From Octopus sinensis (lineage: Eukaryota), in contig NC_043020.1 in assembly GCF_006345805.1 (NCBI RefSeq), forward strand, positions 25,172,001 to 25,236,000: a stretch of DNA of 64,000 bases. Reading direction: 5' to 3'. The position numbers were made by a program, and so were the translations under genes. Positions 55,083-64,000 of the stretch are shown here, in pieces. The first letter of the stretch is position 1. The number at the start of each line of letters is the position of its first letter. The notes under the pieces are model-generated. The model had not been told where the DNA came from and did no database searches. It saw only the letters and a program-made list of their open reading frames with translations.

Positions 55083-55736
55083 TTATATTTTTTGTTTTTG
55101 TTTTTGTTTTTGTTTTTGTTTTTGTTCTCCCCACGGGAGGGACCCCTGTCTCGCGTCCGTGCGGTTTTGGTAGGTCCTCTGATGTGCAAAGCGACAGTTC
55201 GCACATTCGACGCCGTACCAGCAGTCCCCCTTCGGGCAGAATTTGTTTCTCTCTTTGCTCTTATAGTTCTTGCTGGGGTCCTTTTGTTTTCTCTGGACAG
55301 GGTTTGTTTTAGCTTTGATTTTCCTGCCTTTTACCTCCAGTTTCCCATCAATTTTAGGGTGCTTTTCTTTTCTTGCGGCCATCGAACCTCTTTGGTTTCC
55401 AGTTGTGGTGTTGGGAGCTGGACATGTATCATTGTTTCCCTGTGTTCTAGGTTTCTCGGTTTTGTCTTTTGTTAGGCCCTGGATGCTTTCTTCATCCTTT
55501 TGGCCTTCCCTGGTGCCGTCACCTCTTAGGATGATGTCCAGAGTGTCTACATGTTGCCTGATTAGAGCGTATGAACGGATAAATTCTCGTTTCTTTCGCT
55601 CTATCTGGGCGGTGGTTCTTGAAAAACCATTGCTCTTCAGCGCCGCTGCAATGATATTGTTCGGCGAGTCGTCCTCGGCAATCTTCCAAGCGCGGACGAA
55701 CAATTGCAACTCTCTCGCTGACCAGTTTCTTGACAT
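55083..55736 (-). CDS. CR1-type LINE ORF1: Myb/SANT trihelix-like N-terminus plus Cys/His finger
   Basis: MSRNWSARELQLFVRAW..IAAALKSNGFSRTTAQIERKKREF and FCPKGDCWYGVECANCRFAH. It lies directly upstream of ORF2 in the same orientation. Confidence 0.6.
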   Translation of the reverse strand: MSRNWSARELQLFVRAWKIAEDDSPNNIIAAALKSNGFSRTTAQIERKKREFIRSYALIRQHVDTLDIILRGDGTREGQKDEESIQGLTKDKTEKPRTQGNNDTCPAPNTTTGNQRGSMAARKEKHPKIDGKLEVKGRKIKAKTNPVQRKQKDPSKNYKSKERNKFCPKGDCWYGVECANCRFAHQRTYQNRTDARQGSLPWGEQKQKQKQKQKQKI

Positions 55737-55939
55737 TTTCGCCCGAGATATAGTGAGAGTGAATATAGGAACAGAGAGAGAAGGACAGATCAATGGTTGA
55801 CCGAGAGGGAGAGGAGAAAGGAAAAAGCCAGGGGGGATAGAGAGAGAGACGAGGGGATTGTCCTGAGAGAAGAGAGAAAAAAGAGAAAAGAGAAAAAAGA
55901 GAGAAAAAAGAGAAAGAATGGCAGGTCAGCAGGGTGAGA

Positions 55940-56600
55940 GTGAACGGGATAGAGGTGTAGTAGAAAGAAAGTAAAGGGACAGGGAGGCAAAGATAGACAA
56001 GAGGATGGACCCTAGGGGGAGCAGGGAGAAGAAAAGCGGAGAGATAAAATGGAGAGGGAGAGAGAGAGAGGGCGGGATAGAGGTACAAGGGAGTGAAGTA
56101 AAGGGACAGAGAGGGTGATGTGGAGGAAGGAGACAGAGAGGAAAAAAAGACAAGGGGTGAACCTTAGAGGGAGCAGGGAGAGGAAAGGTAGGGAGAAAAA
56201 AGGAGAGGGAGAAAATGGAGAGGGAGAGAGAGGGCGGGATAGAGGTATCCGAGAGTGAAGTAAAGGGACAGAGAGGGTGGTGTGGAGGAAGGAGACAGAA
56301 AGAGGAAAAAAGAGACAAGGGGGTGAGCCTTAGAGGGAGCAGGGAGAGGAAAGGTAGGAAGAAAAAAGGGGGGAGAGGGAAAGAAGGGGCGCGACAGAGG
56401 TGCAAGAGAGTGTAGTAAAGGGACAGGGAGGGTAGTGTAGAGAAAGAAATAAGGGGACAGAAGGGGAAGAGGAAAAGGGCTTTGACTTGTGAGGGAGCGG
56501 AGAGAAAAGAGGCAGAGAAAGGGAGGGGGAGTAACAGAGAGAGAGAGAGAGAGGGCGGTATATAGATACAAGAGAGAATGAGTGAAGTAGAGGAACTGAG
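55940..56600 (-). repeat. ~160-bp purine-rich tandem monomers in the inferred LINE 5' UTR
   Basis: Near-identical units at ~56054-56215 and ~56218-56380, with diverged partial units on either side. Confidence 0.75.
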
Positions 56601-56660
56601 AGGAGGGTGAGATGTGAGAAAGTTGATCTGAGAGAGAGATGCAGAAAGAGAAACGATGGC

Positions 56661-56696
<36 letters not shown>

Positions 56697-59122
56697 GGGG
56701 AGAGTGAGAGCGAAAATAGAGGGTCTAGTGGATGGAGAGACAGATAAGGTATAAAAATGTAAGAAAGAGATAGAAATGTAAGAAATGTAAGAGATAGAAA
56801 TGTAAGAAAGAGATAGAGAGAGAGTGTGGCAGATAGGAAGGACGAATCTGTAAACAAACGCGTTAAAGATAGAATTGCGCGTATTTTTTATATCTTTTAT
56901 AACTTTTTTTTTTAATTATTATCTTCTGGTTGAGAGAACACTAATAATAAATAATATTTGTCCTTACCTTACCGGCTGAGAGAACACTTAGCGTGATTCC
57001 GTTTTATAAGAAAGGAAGATAGATACTAAGATAGACCTTTGATATTCCTCACTTGTATTTTGTAAACAAAAGGAAAGAATAGCGTTCCGATTTCGTAGAT
57101 GCAAAAATTAACGATACTTTCTATATTTTCTTAAGCATTTTGGTATTAGGCAGCAAATTTTCAGAGGCTTTCAAAACACGCAGATATACGACATCAAAAG
57201 CGAAAATATCCTTCTCAAAAATACTGTGTCTTGTTTCACAGACAAAAATTCACTTCGATTTCAGGAAGTAACACACGTGCTTTCAACACATGTGCTCGCG
57301 AGGTATGTATGTACGCGAGGTATGTTCTAGTCGCAAATACTATATCAAAAGCGAAAATATTCTTCTCAAATACAATGACTTGTTGTACTCTCACTTATAT
57401 TCGCTTTACAGACAAATTTCACTTCTGATAACATCGATCTCTTGAAGGACTTCTTTAATCTTTAGGAGAGACACATTAACACACAATTGTTGTTAGTTCG
57501 GCGCCATCTTGGTATGTATATATATTATTTATATTATCATATATTTAATGTCACGCATTGATTTCCAAGTAAGTTTATCTATCTATCTGTGTATATATAT
57601 ATATTGCATTCGCCCCATGCAACAGGAAAACTAACATGGGGAAATTTACACACTCCACAGAAAACATTTAATAATTACATGACAAAATAATTTTTTGTGG
57701 TCCCATTTATGCATCGCTCCCCTCGCTCTTCCGCCATTGTTCTTCCTCTACCATCACTGTGCATGTAATTATTTTCTTTGTTGTTGCTATTTTTCTTTAG
57801 ATTTTTAATTAAATTCCTGTAGTCATCATCATCATCATCATCTTTAACAACGGCATTTTAAGTCAACATCATTTTCCCTTTCTCTCTTCATCAGCCATAT
57901 ACTTCATATTCTTATTTCCATTTCGCCCTCAGAACAAATATATCTTCGACCTTTTACGAGTTTCATTAAAACGAGTACCAGCGTTGTACTAGGGTCTACG
58001 TTTTACACTGTACATTCTCTGAAATTCAAAGGTATTGAGCCTATATTAGAAACCTGGTGGACTAATAAACTCGTTCGAGCGAGGGATGAAATATCTGGCA
58101 TGGTTTAGTTACGGATTTTAGGTGTGGAGTTTCAAATCCCGCCAACTTTCGGGAACAATAATATAAGGACCAGTCATGTACTGAGGTCGACTCAACATAA
58201 CTACACATATCAGCTAGATACCAAGACCTTGTACAAGAGACGATTACTGCTAATTATTCGTGATGACGGAAAAAAGGGTCGGCTTTTACAATAAAGATAC
58301 ATCTTGTATATATCACTTTGTGTACGTATATATGTATGCATATATATTCACATATATATGTATAATATATATGTGCATATCTAAGTTAGTGTGCGTGCAT
58401 GAAAGTAAGTATACAGCATGTATGTATATATGTGTGTGTATGCATATATATAATATGCATATACAAGCATACATATATATACACACACAGATATATATAT
58501 ACGCATACATACATTTATGCATAAAAATAAAAATGCTTATATATGCAATATCACATGTATGCGTTTGTGTGTATATATATGTATATATATTCTAATATAC
58601 ATATATTCATATACATACACATACATATGTGTGTGTCTATATATAAATACATACACACACACACACACATCTGCGTGTCGATCGTGAAATTAATTCTTTT
58701 TATAAATTTCAAGTGAAAATTTTTTTAAAAAGACAAGACAGAAACAAAAGGAAAACAATGAACACCAACAACAAGAGCAACACCAGCAACAACAACAACC
58801 ATAATTTCGAAAATGAGTATATAAACAAATAAATATATTCAGTAATCGCCATTCTTATTTTTCCATTAATTTATTTGTTAATGTTTTATGATATTTGTTT
58901 GTTTTATTCTTTAATCTTATAATATTTTGTCTTTTAAAGGATTTTCTTAAATCTGTTTCAATGTTAAAAAAAACTATTTTCTATATTTCTCTATATTTTC
59001 TTTCAATAATGTTTTAGCATTACTCACCTTCGGTATCGTATTTATATCTGTGTGTGTATGTATGTGTGTGTGTATTAATTTATATATATATGTATTATAT
59101 GTATATGTATATATATATATAG

Positions 59123-59171
<49 letters not shown>

Positions 59172-59184
59172 ATATCATATATGT

Positions 59185-59249
<65 letters not shown>

Positions 59250-59297
59250 ATTATATATATACATATATATATATACATATATATATACATATATATA

Positions 59298-59822
59298 CTA
59301 GCAGTATCGCCCGGCGTTGCTCGGCTTTGTAAGGGAAATAACTATATAAGCATTTTTAGTCAGTTATAGCAAAAAAATAGCAAAAAAATGCATTAAAAAT
59401 GGAATAAAAAATTATGGTAATTTTGGTGTCTTCAAGCCATGAAGTCGTTGTTCTAAAAGAACGCTGGTCTCCTTGACAATGCTTTACGACGTTGATTTCC
59501 TTACACTCCCTTCCCCACAGCTTCACGAGGGAGGGAAGAAGGGGGAGAAGCAAACAGGTGCATGTGTTTGAGCGTGGACGCCAACTCCGCCGCCATCGAC
59601 ACACGAAAAATTATGCATTAAATAGAATAAAAAATGATGTTAAATTATTTTTTAAATCGTAGACTCATCGTACGCGCGCTAATTACCCAGAAGGGCTCGA
59701 TATGAATCACCACTATAAGATACCCGCTTTTGGTTTAAACTGCACACGCAAAATGTGGGAGTTTAGGAATCTAAATCGTAGGAGACAGACACTCACACAA
59801 CTACAGTTTTTATATATATAGA
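59298..59822 (-). mobile_element. Non-autonomous Helitron (525 bp)
   Basis: The minus strand begins A|TCTATATATA and ends CTAG|T, with a GC-rich hairpin (59308-59325) about 10 nt before the end. No TSD is seen. Confidence 0.78.
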
Positions 59823-60596
59823 TTATCAATATATATATATATTATACAATATATATATACATATACATATATATACATATATATATATATACACACATAC
59901 ATATATATATACATATATAAACATAGAGAGAGAGAGAGAAAGATAGGTATATATGTATATGAGTGTGCGCAGACGTGTATATCTGTGTGTTTTATTTTAT
60001 ATTTTAGTTTTGTTTGGGTTTTTTTATATAGTTGCTCTGCGTGTTAGTGTTTGTGTGTGGTTATTTATGAGCGAGTATTTGATTGTACGAAGATTGTGGT
60101 TGTCATCGTTGTTGTTGCTGTTGCTATTAATATACAACTATTTGTTGATATGGATTGTACATGCCGATATTTTGCTGTCTCGTTCTCCATCATCATCATC
60201 ATCATTGTCATCATCGCCAGAATCACCACAATCATCACCTTCTCTAGCCTCACCACCACCACCACCATAATCATCACCATAATCATCATCATTATCATCA
60301 TCATCACCATTATCATTATCATCACTATAATAATCTAAATGCCACCTCTCAATAATCCATCGTTATTGATATTATTGACGCTGTTGGTGTAGGTAAAAAT
60401 GATGATGGTCGCGGTAGTTGTGGTGGTGGTGGTGGTGGTGATGATGATAATGCCAAGGAGGAAACTGATGAAAATTTCAGTTCCATTGTTCTCGATACTG
60501 AAGAGGCTTTGGTGTCATAATCATTATCACCCTTCACGGGTACTGGTATTTAGGTGTCTGTTACACACACGCACGCAGGCGCATATATATATATAT

Positions 60597-60646
<50 letters not shown>

Positions 60647-60694
60647 GATATATATGTGTGTGTATATAGTATATATATGTATATATGTTATATA

Positions 60695-60745
<51 letters not shown>

Positions 60746-60804
60746 CATATATACATATATATACATATTATATACATTATATATATACATATATAGATAT
60801 ATAT

Positions 60805-60837
<33 letters not shown>

Positions 60838-61672
60838 GTATATATTATATATATACACATATATAGATATAGAGAAGAGAGAAACAGACAGACAGACAGA
60901 CAGATAGACATATTGATAGATATAGATATATACATAATCACACACACACATATATTTATATGTGTGTATACACATACATGCATTCAAATATGCATAAATA
61001 AATAGATAGATAGATATGTGTGTTCATATATACACATATACAGATAAATATATATATATATATATACAATTTCGAAATACATGAATACATATACATATAT
61101 ACACAATCACACGCACATATAAATAAAAACACCTCATCGTTGTGCATCTCAACCTTGTTTGTGTTGTATTTATCTCTCTTGTTTATTATTTTTTGTTTGT
61201 TTATAATATTGCTTATATATTGGTATATTTACTAATTTATTTCTTTGTCTATTTATTTATTTTATTTGAGAAATTCCTGAGAAAGATGCCGTGTCGACAA
61301 TAATTACGAAATCGCTGAAGACTACGCCATAATTGTTCAGCCACCATTCCAAATATTTCGGAGAGGTAATTCCTTCTAAAATGTTGCTGTTAAATATATT
61401 TTATCTGTTTATATTTCTTAGAATTTATTTTTACACTCAAAACTCGGCTCCAACTGCGGCACCTCAACAAAACAAATATTTAAATCGAGACAACGTTGCG
61501 TGCACGACAACGAGGTGCTTCTGGTGAGAAGACTTACAAGCATACCTACAGACAGTTACCTGTATACACGCTCACAGACATATACACCGCACTTGAAGGT
61601 GGACACACGCTATCATAGACACAATTTTCACACAATACATACATAATATGTACCATACAGGCAAGAATATTT

Positions 61673-61716
<44 letters not shown>

Positions 61717-61925
61717 TATATATTTATATATATATGCGTTTGTGTGAGTTGTGTGCGAGTGAGTGTGTGTATGCTCATATATGTATGTATGTATGTATGT
61801 ATATATATATATAAGATCTGTGTATATTTATATATATATATTATATGTGTGTGTTTAATATATATATATATATACATACGTATACAAACATACATATATA
61901 TATATATATACATACACGAAGAGAC

Positions 61926-62018
<93 letters not shown>

Positions 62019-62049
62019 TGATATGATTTTTACGTGTTTCGTTCATTCG

Positions 62050-62316
62050 AATACGCCATCATGAAACACCGGTTTGGAAACTGCTTTAGTCAGCTACATA
62101 AACCCCATACTTATTTTTGTAGCGCACATATTGATATCTATTGCTGCCGAACAGCTATCTCGCAATACTGCATGGTATAAACTTATGCTACATAAATATT
62201 TTGAAAAGCTGGGCTTCTCAAAACCAGAAAGGAGAAAGCAAATTGGAAGACTACAGATCCAATCTAGCACTGGAACTGTAAAAATCTGTAAAACTTTCCA
62301 GAGGTTCATCACTTAG
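62050..62316 (+). mobile_element. 3' fragment of a REL-type non-LTR retrotransposon
   Basis: FEKLGFSKPERRKQIGRLQIQSSTGTVKICKTFQRFIT* is homologous to 8959-9115. Confidence 0.55.
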
Positions 62317-62541
62317 ATATATAGAAGAATGTTTAGACATGCTGCTATATGCATGAGAATACATATATAAAGCAAAACATACAAATGTGCACATATACAT
62401 GAATGCAAATATACCCTGTTGATATTGTCGAAATTCCAATGAAGGATTCTTGGATCTAAGTTAGAAACCGGCTCTTCCTCTATTGGCAAGAAATCTGGGC
62501 AGCTAATTAAATATATAGACAGCTTCCAACGTATATATATA

Positions 62542-62610
<69 letters not shown>

Positions 62611-62615
<5 letters not shown>

Positions 62616-63069
62616 GTAAAAAGTGAAAAAACTACAGAAGGCTTGTTTTAAAAGTTAAAAAATATATATTTGAGTCAATATGTCTGAAGAATGTTATCAA
62701 TTTTTCTTACAATGACATAGTTTAGAAGAAATGACCGGTTTCGCGTCAGCTTTTCAAATTCCTTACACATCGTTATGTTTATGTTGGAGAGAGTTATCGT
62801 TATGTTATGTTGAAGAGAGTTCCAAATAAGGGGAGGTAATAAGTGATTTCTTCCGGTGTAAGGGAGATAATCGCTTAAGTTTTTGTCTTTCCTTTGGAGT
62901 GAATTTCTCTGTATAAGTATGTTGGAATGGTTAAGTCTGGGCTTGTACTTTTCATCTATGTCGTTGTAAGAAAAAAATTGATAACATTCTTCAGATATAT
63001 TGACTCAAATATATATTTTTTAACCTTTTAAAACAAGCCTTCTGTAGTTTTTTCACTTTTTACTATTTT
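62611..63069. mobile_element. Fold-back (~110-bp inverted arms) directly upstream of a PLE endonuclease fragment
   Basis: 62611-62720 is the reverse complement of 62956-63069 with few mismatches. Confidence 0.8.
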
Positions 63070-63189
63070 CTATATATTCAACCACGTGCTGTCACAAACC
63101 AACTTTCTCATCTATATATATATAAGTAGTGCTAGCAATAATATTAACAGCAATCATAACAATAAAAACTCCGTCTTAGTCTCGGAGGT

Positions 63190-63443
63190 AAACCCTAACA
63201 GATTAAAGTTCTTGTCCAGTAATTCCAAACTTAGAAATTCCATTTACCAGTGTCAAATTTCTTCCGGTACCGGTGTCTTCTTCTATATTGGGGCGACTAC
63301 TTCTAAATTATCCCAGAGGATTTCCAATCATTATTCAACTTTCCGAGATAAAAGAAAACAACAGAGTACAGGACTAAGTAAATTAGTTTGGCGTCTTAAG
63401 GACAGCAATATAACTTTCAAGCTGGAATGGTCCATATTTGTCT
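63190..63443 (+). pseudogene. Penelope-like GIY-YIG endonuclease fragment, cut off by the assembly gap
   Basis: SIYQCQI..FYIGATTSKLSQRISNHYSTF..STGLSKLVWRLKD..FKLEWSI. Confidence 0.75.
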
Positions 63444-63543
63444 NNNNNNNNNNNNNNNNNNNNNNNNNNNNNNNNNNNNNNNNNNNNNNNNNNNNNNNNN
63501 NNNNNNNNNNNNNNNNNNNNNNNNNNNNNNNNNNNNNNNNNNN
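63444..63543. other. Assembly gap (100 N)
   Basis: Seen directly. Confidence 0.99.
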
Positions 63544-64000
63544 AGTCCACTGTTTGCGCCTCGGCACCTGGAGGAACAAGCCGATATCGTCCAGTGTTGT
63601 TTTGGACACTGGACAGATGGTCCTGTTAAATTGCTTGGAGTTTGGGTTGGTTCAGACTCCCAGACGGAGAAAAATTGGAGCGAGGTAGTGACCAGGTAGA
63701 GCCATAGTTTGGGAGTGGTCCGAAGGCATCTTTTCTTGAAAGGGAGGGCGGAGGTGTACAGGTGTTTATAGCATCTGTAATCACACTAGCGCTCGACTGT
63801 CGTGCCTTGCCCCCGATTTTGTGGCTAAGCAAGTTGGATTCGACTCCTTTTCCGCTTTTGTGGAGGGAGGAAAGCCACTTGTAAGGCGCTCCGTGTGTTG
63901 CCAGGAACCACTAAAGGGTGGGCTGGGGATGCCTTGGTTAATGATGCGCAGGCATGCGCTGAGACTGAGACATCTCTGGTTTCACCTGGAAGGTGATAAG
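63544..64000 (+). mobile_element. Tx1-type LINE copy G, ORF2 internal fragment
   Basis: LRLGTWRNKP, GHWTDGPVKLLGVW, KNWSEVVTR and GGLGMPWLMMRRHALRLRHL match copies A-D. Confidence 0.88.

Larger units (their letters stand above)
52588..57515 (-). mobile_element. CR1-type LINE with internal RT deletion; 5' boundary inferred
   Basis: ORF1 plus APE-type ORF2, with an 8-bp tail repeat (ttaaggat)2. The 5' end at the caagatggcg motif (~57500-57512) is an inference. Confidence 0.8.

Noticed and set aside
61275-61365. Short open frame RCRVDNNYEIAEDYAIIVQPPFQIFRR with a gtaatt donor
   Set aside because: The acceptor is a non-canonical GAG and the peptide is unrecognised.
63086-63688. 200-aa ORF that appears to fuse a GIY-YIG domain to a Tx1 RT segment
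   Set aside because: It reads through a 100-N assembly gap, so the two halves are not shown to be contiguous.

Overview
This is a repeat-saturated eukaryotic window with no host protein-coding exon, rRNA, true tRNA gene or CRISPR array that I can support. The SINE families and microsatellite density look like an octopus (cephalopod) genome; this is an inference from recall, not from a search. Most ORF-track entries are microsatellite or antisense artefacts. The recognisable content is mobile DNA: a decayed mariner; seven Tx1/L1-type LINE copies (one near full length); a near-full-length R4/Dong-type restriction-endonuclease-like (REL) retrotransposon plus several fragments; an RTE 3' end; a CR1-type LINE whose RT core is deleted in frame; two Penelope-like (PLE) fragments with inverted repeats; a non-autonomous Helitron; three tRNA-derived SINE families; a recurrent ~560-bp non-coding retroposon; and several fold-backs. 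The most notable observations are four. (1) Three diverged Tx1 copies are stacked head-to-tail, each bounded at both ends by (GATA)n, which suggests a microsatellite-targeting LINE; a sister Tx1 lineage is associated with (ATT)n instead. (2) A candidate minimal hammerhead ribozyme lies in a PLE terminal repeat. (3) The CR1-type ORF1 carries a Myb/SANT trihelix-like domain plus a Cys/His finger. (4) That LINE shares its 3' tail with a SINE family. All family assignments come from motif recognition by eye.
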